Numbered from the stretch's first letter, positions 53,077-63,228 are shown. The stretch: DNA of 64,000 bases from Candidatus Poribacteria bacterium (GCA_965222225.1 CBDCTK010000002.1:928001-992000), one strand, 5' to 3'. Numbers and translations are program-made. The notes: a model not told the origin generated them from the sequence alone.

Positions 53077-53695
53077 CAAATCTGCACCGTTTTCACGGCG
53101 ACAGGCCTATCAACGCCCCATCATTTGGGGATGGTTAGTTCTCGTTATCACCGTACTTTCATCCCCATTGGAAGCGACCTCCGAGAACTTCCTGTCGCGT
53201 TCGGATCGAGAGCTTTTCGATGCGATCTACGATGCACCGCCGCAACGTCAACCCATAGGCACAGCCATGGAAGTAGTCACGGAATTTGGAGATCCCAAAA
53301 CGATGATGGGACTCTCGATTCTTCTCATGGCGTACGGGGACGACAAACCGCGAGAAACCGGCAGACTGCTGTCCTCGACTTTTATAACAGGCGGATTGGT
53401 AGTGCTCGGAATAAAGCAGGCAGTCCGCCGGAAACGACCGCTGGAAGATGAACTTGGCGATCCGTCCTTCCCATCTGGGCATACCTCGATAGCCTTTTCC
53501 ATGGCAACGATTCTTGGGCACCAATATCCAAAGTGGCGGATTTCGCTTTATGTTGGCGCTGGTTTGGTCGGGCTATCTCGAATCTATTTGGGCAGGCACT
53601 ACGCTTCCGACGTGTTAATGGGTGCCGCCGTTGGCACGATTACGGGAACAGTCGTCTGGCGCAATCGAATTTCGCTGCTCAGTTGGGAATTCTAA
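53012..53695 (+). CDS. PAP2-family phosphatase
   Basis: KQAVRRKRP, PSFPSGH, SRIYLGRHYASDV; start uncertain. Confidence 0.88.
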   Translation: MRQPRSMMNPETRRTRLRSIHSKSAPFSRRQAYQRPIIWGWLVLVITVLSSPLEATSENFLSRSDRELFDAIYDAPPQRQPIGTAMEVVTEFGDPKTMMGLSILLMAYGDDKPRETGRLLSSTFITGGLVVLGIKQAVRRKRPLEDELGDPSFPSGHTSIAFSMATILGHQYPKWRISLYVGAGLVGLSRIYLGRHYASDVLMGAAVGTITGTVVWRNRISLLSWEF

Positions 53696-53800
53696 GCATA
53701 CAGGACTTACACAGTTGAACTTCCAAAGAATGTCAGACGACGTAAAGGTAAGTGAACGACCAACCGAAAGCACATTCAAGTGTGCTACTACAAACCTAAT

Positions 53801-53869
53801 GTAGGAGCGACCTCCTGTCGCGAACCAAGTTTGATTCTACAGAAGTCGCACTGTGAATTGCGCTACTAC
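53801..53869. repeat. GTAG-type REP pair (REPIN-like)
   Basis: GTAGGAGCGACCTCCTGTCGCG...GCGCTACTAC; related to TCGCGACC...CGCTCCTAC at 59150-59191. Confidence 0.55.
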
Positions 53870-53924
53870 AAATCGAACTTCTTAAGTCCTAACCCGATCT
53901 AATTTCATCGAAGGATTGCTTCCT

Positions 53925-55367
53925 ATGCACGCAACAACCTCAAATATTCGACCTGAGCCCGACCAAATACTGGTTGACATCGCGGAATATGCGGCGAATC
54001 GCGCAATTGAAAGCAGTCTCGCTTACGAAACGGCTCGACATTGCTTGATGGATACCCTCGGATGCGGTTTGCTCGCTCTGAATTTCCCTGAATGTACGAA
54101 GCACCTTGGACCGGTTGTCCCGGGCACCATCGTCCCCAATGGCGCTCACGTACCCGGAACTCAGTACGTGTTAGACCCGGTTCAAGCCGCGTTCAATATT
54201 GGGTGCATGATTCGCTGGCTGGACTACAACGACACATGGCTCGCGGCAGAATGGGGACATCCGTCCGACAACCTCGGAGGAATCCTCGCCACGGCGGATT
54301 ATTTGAGTCGCCGTAACCTTGCTGCAGGACACTCGCCGCTTGTGATGCGCGATGTCTTAACCGCCATGATCAAGGCACACGAAATTCAAGGTGTGCTTGC
54401 CTTGGAAAACAGTCTCAACCGAGTTGGATTAGATCATGTTCACTTTGTGAAAGTTGCTTCAACGGCTGTTATAACCAAAATGCTAGGCGGTGGTGTTGAT
54501 GAAATCATCAACGCACTTTCCAACGCATTCGCTGATGGCGGCAGTCTGCGAGTATACCGCCATGCCCCGAACACTGGCGCGCGAAAATCATGGGCGGCAG
54601 GCGATGCGACAAGTCGCGCAGCAAAATTGGGGTTAATGGCAATCAAGGGAGAAATGGGATATCCCTCATCCCTTTCTGCGGATACTTGGGGATTTGAGGA
54701 TGTGTTGTTCAAGGGCAATGCTTTTGTCCGAAAACAACCTTACGCATCATACGTAATGGAGAACGTACTTTTCAAAATCTCATTTCCTGCCGAATTCCAT
54801 GCGCAGACAGCCGTAGAATGTGCTTTCGAGTTGCATGAACAGGTTCATAATCGCTTGGATGAGATCGAAAAAATCACAATCACGACACATGAATCCGCGA
54901 TGCGCATCATTGATAAAACCGGTCCCCTGCATAACCCGGCAGATCGAGATCACTGTATTCAATACATGGTGGCGATAGGATTGATATTCGGGGAATTAAC
55001 GGCGGATCACTACGAAGTTGAGGTCGCGGCAGATTCGCGTATCGACGCGCTGAGAAAAAAGATGGTCACCGTCGAAGATCTGCGGTACAGTCGAGACTAT
55101 CTTGACCCCGACAAACGGTCGATAGCCAATGCGCTTCAGGTTCATTTCAAAGATGGATTCGCTAGCGAGCAAATCGTCGTCGAGTATCCTATAGGTCACC
55201 GTCGGCGCCGTGCCGAAGGAATACCGCTGCTCAAGGAAAAGTTCGCCAAGAATCTGGCATCGCGTTTTCCGGCAAGACAGGTAGAAGCGATTATAGAACT
55301 TTGTGACGACCAGAAGCGGCTGGAAGCGATCCCTGTCAACGAATTCATGGAGATGTTGGTCATCTAA
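53925..55367 (+). CDS. prpD: 2-methylcitrate dehydratase
   Basis: [74 protein letters not shown]. Confidence 0.96.
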   Translation: MHATTSNIRPEPDQILVDIAEYAANRAIESSLAYETARHCLMDTLGCGLLALNFPECTKHLGPVVPGTIVPNGAHVPGTQYVLDPVQAAFNIGCMIRWLDYNDTWLAAEWGHPSDNLGGILATADYLSRRNLAAGHSPLVMRDVLTAMIKAHEIQGVLALENSLNRVGLDHVHFVKVASTAVITKMLGGGVDEIINALSNAFADGGSLRVYRHAPNTGARKSWAAGDATSRAAKLGLMAIKGEMGYPSSLSADTWGFEDVLFKGNAFVRKQPYASYVMENVLFKISFPAEFHAQTAVECAFELHEQVHNRLDEIEKITITTHESAMRIIDKTGPLHNPADRDHCIQYMVAIGLIFGELTADHYEVEVAADSRIDALRKKMVTVEDLRYSRDYLDPDKRSIANALQVHFKDGFASEQIVVEYPIGHRRRRAEGIPLLKEKFAKNLASRFPARQVEAIIELCDDQKRLEAIPVNEFMEMLVI

Positions 55368-55390
55368 TTTACTTAAAGGAGAAAACGTCC

Positions 55391-56179
55391 ATGGAATACT
55401 TTAAATTCTTGTCGGGTCACACCATGCCCGCTTTGGGATTGGGCACATGGGATCTGCGGGACCAACAATGCAAAACCGTGGTCAAACAAGCCGTTGAAAT
55501 GGGATATACTCATATTGATACCGCATGGATGTATGCGAATCAGAGTGAGATTGGTGAAGCCCTTCAAGAGATTGGGGTAAAACGCCACGAACTGTTCATA
55601 ACCTCGAAAATTTGGCATACGCACATGGATCGCAATAGCGTGCTCTCACAGTGCGATGAAGGCCTGGATCAACTACAGATGGATTACGTGGACCTTTTAC
55701 TCATCCACTCACCAAATCATAACGTGCCATTTGAAGAAACCCTCGGCGCCTTCAAAGAAATTTTTGATGCAGGCAAAGCCAAGAGTATCGGTATCAGCAA
55801 CTTCAACAGTGACCAAGTCGATCGCGCGCGAAACGTCTCCGCGGTGCCCATCAGTGCAAACCAAGTGGAATACAATGTTCACCATAACCGAGAGGCACTG
55901 CTACAACACTGCACGAAATATCGAATACACGTCACCGCACATCGTCCTTTGGCAAAAGGGGAAATCGGAGATGAGCGCCTTCTGAACGACATCGCGAAAA
56001 GACACGGAAAGACCGCGGCACAAGTTGCCATGCGCTGGCTTCTGCAGAAGGGAATCAGCGTTATCCCCAAGTCCGGCTCCAGAGAACACTTGAAAGAAAA
56101 CCTTGACCTGTTCGATTGGGAACTAAGCCCCGCGGAAATGAAGCAGATTGATAATCTTAGCGATCAAATGAGCGAATAG
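55391..56179 (+). CDS. Aldo/keto reductase (2,5-DKG reductase-like)
   Basis: LGLGTW, HIDTAWMY, FITSK, DLLLIH, IGISNF, VIPKS. Confidence 0.93.
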   Translation: MEYFKFLSGHTMPALGLGTWDLRDQQCKTVVKQAVEMGYTHIDTAWMYANQSEIGEALQEIGVKRHELFITSKIWHTHMDRNSVLSQCDEGLDQLQMDYVDLLLIHSPNHNVPFEETLGAFKEIFDAGKAKSIGISNFNSDQVDRARNVSAVPISANQVEYNVHHNREALLQHCTKYRIHVTAHRPLAKGEIGDERLLNDIAKRHGKTAAQVAMRWLLQKGISVIPKSGSREHLKENLDLFDWELSPAEMKQIDNLSDQMSE

Positions 56180-56231
56180 ATCAAGCGACTGAATACGGAG
56201 CGCGATAGAGTTCCCGTGCGATAGAGATCTT
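56161..56231 (+). repeat. Modular insert D overlapping the AKR stop codon
   Basis: CGATCAAATGAGCGAATAGATCAAGCGACTGAATACGGAGCGCGATAGAGTTCCCGTGCGATAGAGATCTT. Confidence 0.8.
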
Positions 56232-56379
56232 ACCAGCCTTTGAAAGCGCCAGCGGCTCGGCAGGTGTATAGCACATCAAGTCGCTCCGCACCCAAGCCCG
56301 AGCGCAGAGACAGATAATTCTAACTCGGACGCCCAACAAAAAGTTTGCCCCTATTCTTCAAACAGGTTCAGATATTTTT

Positions 56380-58920
56380 TCAATCCGTCATCGCTCCGCA
56401 AAACTCCGCAAGCGTACTTTCCAACTTCGTCCCTGCCGGCACATACGCTAGTATCAGCCCATCAATGACTTTGTCCGGATCCGGCACCACACCCGTAAAC
56501 CGCTCTGCCGTGATACCCTTGGAGAGTAACAGATAAAACGTATCGCGTTTTAACCCCTGCGTCGTGTAGAAATTCCCCTGCCCCTTTGAGATAATCAGTT
56601 CGGCATCTAGCAACACATTCACAAACGAGGGTGTCGCCTGATATAGATTCGTCCCTATGGTCTTGGATCCGGAAGAACACAAGGAAACCTCTCCGCCGTT
56701 GACCGCACTCCGAAGACCTTGGAACTGCGGCAGATTGACAATCTCCTCTAAATCAGTCAGAGTTACATCATTGCTCGCCGGGGCTGCTTTAACGACAATC
56801 GTAACTTGGTGTCCAAGATCGAGTAGCATTTGAATCAACCACAGGTCGAATACCGCTTCTCCATCATTGTCAATGAGCCAGACGAGGCGTTTGGGACTGC
56901 CTTCAATCACCTCGGACTGAAATTGTTCAAGACAGTCAATCGCAAGCAGAGCGTGAACGGCTTCCTGCAAAACACGGTTGAAGTAATCAGGCTGCTCCGC
57001 AAGTCTGGCAATGACCCTTGCGCTGCTATAGTCAATGATGTTTGCCGCAATAACGAGTTTCAATCGTTGCGTCCAGTCACAATCGGGAATTTGGTCGAGT
57101 AAGTTTAGCGCAGTCTGTCTAGCTTTCAGTTTATCTTTGCGGTACGGGTCCGGATTGCCGGTAGCGAGTGACACAACTTCAAAGATGACCCCCCAGATTT
57201 CTTCAGGTGTCAATTCATCAGTAACATAAGTACCATCCTCTTTCCGCATTTCCAGCAGGTCGTCGACAGCCTTTAACGCGACACGCCGTAGAGCGGGATT
57301 GCTGGTTGCGCGACCGATGAGTTCAGCATTAGAATGCGATCGGACGTGCCGACGCAGATTTTCCCAATCGGGTTTGTTACGCATCTCACCGAACGTGTAG
57401 ACCCCCGGAATATGCTCCGACACGACGAGTTGACCGAGAGCATCCGAAGTTTTCTCCGTCGAATCCGATTCCGTGTCTAATGGAAACAAGGGGGTGCCTA
57501 AATCTGCGGAACTGGGTACTCCCAATTCCCGGTGGTCAATTGACATGCCAGCCGGAACTACGGTTGCCGCCGCCTTCACGAATCTGAGATGCACTGCCCT
57601 TCCAACTTTTGCTCGATCAAATCGGCAGTTTTCAATCTCACTTAATACTCCCAACCCGGCAACCGGTGCCCCAATCTCTTCGGATAACGGATTAGATTCG
57701 AAGACCGTGTCCGTCGCCTTTACATCCTTCAAGCCAACGAGATCGCCAACCGCGGTGTTTCCTGACAACTCAACATTCTCCAAACGACAGTAGTTTCCAA
57801 TCCTGACTCCCTTGCCGAGATGGGTTCGCCCCAGAAAATAGCAGCCATTCCCAATTTCGATATCCTCGTTTGTCAGGGTAATCTGGGCGGCAGGGTCAAC
57901 TCGAACGCCTCTCTGAGCCAGCATAACCCTCGTTCTCGCGAATAGAGATTCTTCGCCTGCAATGAGATTCGACCACCGGTTGATGCCGGAAATTGCCTTC
58001 TCCGGATAGATATAGGCATGTGTCTTCAACCCATCCTCATAGCAGTACCGAATCAAATCGACATGATGAAGTTCAGAATTGCTGCCATGCGGCTGCAATC
58101 GGTTCATTCTGTCAATTGCCGCGCTGCTGCGAATTAGAGTAATGCCTGTATTCGTGTAGCCTTCCCCGCAATCCAGTCGTCGCGACATCTCGTTTTTCTC
58201 CCCATCCGTCATTTCTTTCCACTCTTTCGTGCCGACAAACCTGCCGTCTTGATCGAAAAACAGCCCTCCCTTGTCAATGACCGTTTCAGGGATTTTGCCG
58301 CAAAGCGTAACATCCGCTCCGCTGATAAAATGTGAAACGAGTGTTTGCAGATAAACCGCTTGGTTGAGAAACGGCTCGTCTCCAAACCCGACACCCATCC
58401 ACTCTGCGTCAGATGCTTGAACAGCGGGGATTGCCGCCTGTAATGCGCCTCCGGTACCGTTCTGTTCGGGTTGGACACAGAGGATGGCATTTGGTCCGCA
58501 CAGCCGATTGACTGCTTTCATGTCAAGTGCAGATGGAGGAATGACCCCATCAAGTAGTATTTCGCGCGTCACCAAACGTTCCGCCATCTTGGAATTGACG
58601 ACAATGATGTGCGGACGAGTTCCCGGAAGATAGCTGCGGGACACCTGCAACGTATTGTACTCACCGAACCACAGATCTAGGGTCTTGTTTAGACGACCTG
58701 ACGGATCGATTCGAGTACCCTGTCCGCCCGCCAGAATCACCCACTGTGGATCGAGCCACTGTGCTAGAACGTGCTCAACGTGTTGAGGCGCAATTGTGTC
58801 TAGAAACTGTTCAATTCGTCTGTCTGTCTCCCCTTTGTCTGGAATGCCGATAGCAGTTTCCAGATTACATCGGAGAATCGTTTCAACTGCGCGACGTAGC
58901 GTTGTGAGATTATTGTGCAT
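56380..58920 (-). CDS. Fusion: GlmU-like nucleotidyltransferase + left-handed beta-helix + ARMT1/DUF89 phosphatase-like domain
   Basis: ILAGGQGTRI, QPEQNGTGGA, GDEP, GINRWSNL; hexapeptide repeats; DPYRKDK, ANIIDY, DNDGEAVFD, NDVT, SKGQGNF; start MHNNL at 58920. Confidence 0.85.
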   Translation of the reverse strand: MHNNLTTLRRAVETILRCNLETAIGIPDKGETDRRIEQFLDTIAPQHVEHVLAQWLDPQWVILAGGQGTRIDPSGRLNKTLDLWFGEYNTLQVSRSYLPGTRPHIIVVNSKMAERLVTREILLDGVIPPSALDMKAVNRLCGPNAILCVQPEQNGTGGALQAAIPAVQASDAEWMGVGFGDEPFLNQAVYLQTLVSHFISGADVTLCGKIPETVIDKGGLFFDQDGRFVGTKEWKEMTDGEKNEMSRRLDCGEGYTNTGITLIRSSAAIDRMNRLQPHGSNSELHHVDLIRYCYEDGLKTHAYIYPEKAISGINRWSNLIAGEESLFARTRVMLAQRGVRVDPAAQITLTNEDIEIGNGCYFLGRTHLGKGVRIGNYCRLENVELSGNTAVGDLVGLKDVKATDTVFESNPLSEEIGAPVAGLGVLSEIENCRFDRAKVGRAVHLRFVKAAATVVPAGMSIDHRELGVPSSADLGTPLFPLDTESDSTEKTSDALGQLVVSEHIPGVYTFGEMRNKPDWENLRRHVRSHSNAELIGRATSNPALRRVALKAVDDLLEMRKEDGTYVTDELTPEEIWGVIFEVVSLATGNPDPYRKDKLKARQTALNLLDQIPDCDWTQRLKLVIAANIIDYSSARVIARLAEQPDYFNRVLQEAVHALLAIDCLEQFQSEVIEGSPKRLVWLIDNDGEAVFDLWLIQMLLDLGHQVTIVVKAAPASNDVTLTDLEEIVNLPQFQGLRSAVNGGEVSLCSSGSKTIGTNLYQATPSFVNVLLDAELIISKGQGNFYTTQGLKRDTFYLLLSKGITAERFTGVVPDPDKVIDGLILAYVPAGTKLESTLAEFCGAMTD

Positions 58921-58981
58921 TCTATTTGAACGACCGTTTAACTCATTCCAGATCTTAAGAGCCTGTTTGAAAAGTACATTT

Positions 58982-59074
58982 GTAGGGTGCGCACTGCGCA
59001 CCGGCGTCTAATAGCCCTTGAGGGGCGGAAGGTGTATAGAAACGCCAAAACCCCGTGCACCTATGCCCCAGCGG
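58982..59074. repeat. REP-like cluster (GTAGGGTGCGCACTGCGCACC; GCCCTTGAGGGGCGGAAGGTGTATAG)
   Basis: Palindromes; the AGGTGTATAG element also occurs at about 56246-56270. Confidence 0.55.
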
Positions 59075-59075
59075 A

Positions 59076-59147
59076 GATCAAGCGAGTGGATAACGATCAA
59101 GCGACTGAATAAGGAGCGCGATAGAAATCCCGTGCGATAGAAATCCC
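59076..59147 (+). repeat. Modular insert E between two truncated REP-like elements
   Basis: GATCAAGCGAGTGGATAACGATCAAGCGACTGAATAAGGAGCGCGATAGAAATCCCGTGCGATAGAAATCCC. Confidence 0.85.
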
Positions 59148-59305
59148 TCTCCCGGTCGCGACCTTCTGTCGCGAGCAAAACTCGCTCCTACAGTAGACGC
59201 GCAGTGAGTGAGAATTCCGTCTTCAATTGATGATTAAAGATCACTACTCCAAACCGAACTTCATAATACCATTTCGTTTGAATAACAGTGCATAGGATAT
59301 TTTTA

Positions 59306-60554
59306 GGGACTTAGTAGTTAACTGCTTTTTGGTCGATTTGCTTGCTTTTCTCTTCTTAATGTACAATCATTTTAGACAGTGTTCGGAATCTTGATTCACA
59401 CTAAAATACATCTCTATAAGAGAGAAATGGAGGCATATCATGTTGACCAAGCGTTTGTACATGCTCGCGGGAGCATTGCGGGTTATCTGCGGGATTTTAA
59501 TTTCCAACACTATGGGATTTTCAGCACACCATGATGTTGTCGTTGACAGAATATACCGATAGCCAAACAATTCATGTGGCTCAGGTGAAGCATTCATCAA
59601 AAAATCTTATGAAAATCTCATCATCTTTTCTGCGATTATATTTCCAGCAAGACTCCATGATATACAGTGGCAGCCACTTCTTGCTGTAGTGATGATGCGT
59701 TCCGTAGAATGACCTCTTGACACAAGCCCAAAACGACTCGATGGTGTTGGTGTGAGTTACGCCGTCCTCAGAAACATATCTCTCTTGGTGATGGATAACA
59801 TGTCTTTCGATATCTTCGTCCAGACTATTGTAAGAGCGAAATTCATCAGTCATAAGAATAGACTCATCGGGTGAGACATTGCTAAGGATGAATTCTCTGA
59901 TATTTTCACCAGATAGAACCTTCATGAATTTAGCAACCACCCGACCGCCTCTCTCGACTACGCCGATGACGGGAGATTTATTTGTGCCTCTACCTCTCTT
60001 AGATTTTGCTCTGGGTTTGCCGCCGACATAGGTTTCGTCCGCTTCAACTATCCCTTTCAGCAATTCATCACTATCACTCATTTTCTCACGGAGGCGCATT
60101 GCCATATACCAAGCGGACTTTTGATTCATGTCCAAGTCACGAGCAAGCTGACAACTCGATATGCTTTTCTTGGCATTGGAAAGAATTGAGATAGCCAAAA
60201 ACCATTTCTGGAGAGGTATCTTGGTACCATGGAAGATGGTTCCTGCTGTAGCCGAAAAGCTAGATTCACAATCGTAGCAATTCCAACCAGTAGTAATGTC
60301 GTTTTTGTTCTTGCGTCCAACTTTTTCACTGCCACAGTGGATACAGCAAACACCGTCCTTCCAACGTTTTTCCTCTATAAATCTGAGACAAGATTCTTGA
60401 TTTGGAAACTCTTTCATAAGATTCAAAATGTCCATAGCAAACTCCTACGAGAAGAATAGTCACTATGGACATCTACGTGTGACGAAAAGATTTACGACAG
60501 GGTACCAAGTTTTATGTTTGTCGTCAGTCTAAAAGCTACAAGCTACTAATTCCG
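59306..60554 (-). mobile_element. IS1595-family insertion sequence, copy 2, with 8-bp TSD TATTTTTA
   Basis: TSD at 59298-59305 and 60555-60562; sequence matches 4978-6226. Confidence 0.95.
59581..60435 (-). CDS. IS1595-family transposase (same protein as 5097-5951)
   Basis: Identical 284-aa translation. Confidence 0.95.
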   Translation of the reverse strand: MDILNLMKEFPNQESCLRFIEEKRWKDGVCCIHCGSEKVGRKNKNDITTGWNCYDCESSFSATAGTIFHGTKIPLQKWFLAISILSNAKKSISSCQLARDLDMNQKSAWYMAMRLREKMSDSDELLKGIVEADETYVGGKPRAKSKRGRGTNKSPVIGVVERGGRVVAKFMKVLSGENIREFILSNVSPDESILMTDEFRSYNSLDEDIERHVIHHQERYVSEDGVTHTNTIESFWACVKRSFYGTHHHYSKKWLPLYIMESCWKYNRRKDDEIFIRFFDECFT

Positions 60555-60596
60555 TATTTTTATTATATCATTATCTTTCTCGTGGGCGGGGATTAA

Positions 60597-60664
60597 ACTA
60601 GTGAATAACGATCAAGCGAACGGATAGTGAGTGCGATAGAAAGTCCCGTGCGATAGAGATCCCC
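60597..60664 (+). repeat. Modular insert F inside a GGCGGGG/CCCCGCC hairpin
   Basis: ACTAGTGAATAACGATCAAGCGAACGGATAGTGAGTGCGATAGAAAGTCCCGTGCGATAGAGATCCCC. Confidence 0.85.
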
Positions 60665-60830
60665 TTGCCCCCGCCTTGGAAAGACTTGATTGACGCTATT
60701 TATTCACTTCAAATATAGAGAAATGGTATAAGTCCTAAACAGTAATGCCCAATTCTCAGAAAAGCCTTAAGTCCCAAACCGAATCGTCGAACTTTGTCGT
60801 GATGGCGGGCAGGCGGATCTCAATGCCGGC

Positions 60831-62548
60831 TCAAAGCTCCGGGACCTCAAACACCGCTTCAAAGCGTGCATCTCCCTCGTCAAAATGGTAGCTGTACCTC
60901 ACGCCCATATCCCATGGGATGAACAGTGAAAAGAGTCGAAAATCGAAGGTCAGCTCGGCACCCGCCGTCTGATAGGTAGTGTGCTGAGACCCGTCCTTGC
61001 CCAAGCCGAAGTCGTAAAAAAAGTTGGACTTGATACGCTGGAGGTACACCAACGCCCCCAAGTTCCAGTCCGGGTAGAACAGCGGCAAGGCATAGTTGGC
61101 CGACCCCTGATAGAAGTGGCGATGGAAGTGGTAGTCGTAGCCGCGGACAAAGACCTGTTCGCTTGCAAAACGGTAGAGATTGGCATCATCTTGCCACTCG
61201 TAAGTACCCTTCAGTCGCAGGCTGTGGTGAGCCCAGAGACCGGGAAAGGTCAACCCCAGCCGCCCTGACAACAAGGTGACGTCGTAGTCGCCCGGAAAGG
61301 GCGTGTGGCGGTAGGTCAGTTGCAAACTCTGGCTCCAGGCCGGGGCCAGATCGCGCTTTGCCTTATGGCGCGACCGAGATAAGGCGAGCTGGTACGACAC
61401 CGGCGCAAAACGCCGGTTCAGGTTTTCCTTGAACAAGCCGCTTGTATCGGGATGGTTTGGGTCGTTCTCGTCGGTGATATCGGTCAACTCTGCCTTTACG
61501 CTCAAATTGGCGGAAGAACTCCAGGGGCCACGGGATAAATTCAAGGGCACTTCGACGACGGCATGCAGGCTCTTTTCGGTCCACTTCTCAGTGATTTCCT
61601 CTATGTCAGTGTCGTCTTTAGTACCATCTTCCTCTTCGATTTCGTAGGCTCCGATCCGCTTGCCCCAGCGTCCACCCACGCTGAAAATGGGATACGACGC
61701 CGACAAGCTGAAATCGCCCAAGACGCTGAAGGCGTCCTCGTTGCTATTGTATTCGACCCCGCTGGTCAAGCTGCTGAGATCGAGCAAATCACTGGACGTG
61801 AGTTTGAGGGAGTGGTTTGCCCCGTCTGTCCGAGGAGCCCAGCTGTGGATCTTGAGCAGATGGCCCAGTGGTCGATAGCGGCGTACCGGGTAGACCTGCC
61901 GAGGGATGTTCACCAATACGCTGCCGCCCTGCTCTTGGTCAATCAGCGGTTCGTAATAGCGTACACGGCGATCCACTACCTGCTCGATCGGTGTCCAGGT
62001 CGTCGGGTCTAGAGGCATGACCGCGATGCGGTAGCCGTCAACAGTGTAATCCTCGAACAGGAGCGAATCGCCGTACACGGACACATGGGTGGCAGCCAGT
62101 GGTCGAGAGGTCACCTGGTAGTGGGCCCCGCTCGATAGGTGGACAGCGTGGATATTGTCGATACCCGAATAGGGCGAGTCGAAAAGCAGGTAGGAACCCC
62201 AGAAAATCGGCCAGCCAATCTCGTCGCGGGTGTGCGGCAATACAATCTGCCCCTCACCATCGACAACATCAATGTGCTCAAGCGCGTTGCCGCGTGCGTC
62301 CTGCCGCACGACAGCGATATGGCGCCCGCGTCCTCCGAACCCACGCCGGCGTGCGCCAATACACCCCGTCGGGGGCTGGAAAACGCGCCTGCTCCGCGCC
62401 ACTGGCTGTTTCCAACAGCACCAAGTGGCAGCCGCCGGTCCACGCCGGGCGGGGTTTGCCCCGAGAAAAAGTTTTGCTGCGCGAACGACGGGCGGGCAAT
62501 CAGCACCGCCAGCGCAATTGCTACCAGCGTCTTGGTTATCATCATAGC
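60831..62548 (-). pseudogene. Outer-membrane protein (propeller-like region plus C-terminal beta-barrel), frameshifted and internally deleted
   Basis: Signal peptide ...RPSFAQ in ORF 62111-62554; SGIDNI, amphipathic strands, VRGY, YPDWNLG..YLQRIK.NFFYD in ORF 60831-62402; higher GC than flanks. Confidence 0.6.
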
Positions 62549-62603
62549 CATCATACTTGCTCCCTCCTTATACCAATGGATCTAGACGGCATCGGATCGG
62601 ACA

Positions 62604-62637
62604 AGGAGATTCGCAGAACTTTTCCTGCGAATCTCCT
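62604..62637. terminator. 13-bp stem hairpin
   Basis: AGGAGATTCGCAG-N8-CTGCGAATCTCCT. Confidence 0.5.
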
Positions 62638-62643
62638 CAACTG

Positions 62644-63026
62644 TTAATTGAACGTTGCACTGAAAAGGATACCGACGCTGTGCGTCGTGAGATTGAGTTC
62701 CTCTCCAGTTCGTAGATTCTTGTCAGGAAGAACGGTACTAGACAACTGTTCTGCAACACCAAGTCCCCAATTGTCACTCACCCACCACTCCTTACCAAGC
62801 GCTAGATTTATGCCAATACCATTATCCGATTCCAATTCCTCCCCTTCGGATTCAACAGTCCCCTTAGCGAGAGAAAATGACCGTGAATCGAATCCGTTCG
62901 GATCTGTCGCCAGTCCAGATCGGGTAGGGTTTGGCCGAACAAAAAGCGTCCCTGTGCGAACGATGGACCGGCGATTAGCACCACCGGCGCGACTGCTACT
63001 AGCATCTTGGTTAGCATCTTAGTCAT
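62644..63026 (-). pseudogene. Chimeric remnant: signal-peptide N-terminus (paralog of 62548 gene) joined to an outer-membrane beta-barrel C-terminus
   Basis: GPSFAQGRFLFGQTLPDLDWRQIRT fragment, then GKEWWVSDNWGLGV...FSATFN fragment in another frame. Confidence 0.55.
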
Positions 63027-63228
63027 CACACGTACTTCCTCCTTGATGATGATCGATAAAACACTCCACAACTAAGCCATGGTTTAGCAACTTTAACCGG
63101 CGAAAGGCGTTGGGTAAACAGTTGAATACTACTGGGGTGTCTCATACCCAATTAACCAGACTCGCACCGTTTTTCCCTCTCGTATTTCCAAAGAGGCGGC
63201 TCCTATATCCGCCCGCTCAATACTCTCA

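Noticed and set aside
4978-60554. 55-kb composite transposon or inversion bounded by the inverted IS1595 pair
   Set aside because: Copy 2 has its own intact 8-bp TSD and the outer flanks do not match, so the insertions are independent.
56161-60664. CRISPR array formed by the GATCAAGCGA/GCGATAGAAAT repeats
   Set aside because: No constant repeat with regularly sized unique spacers, the copies are dispersed, and there are no cas genes.
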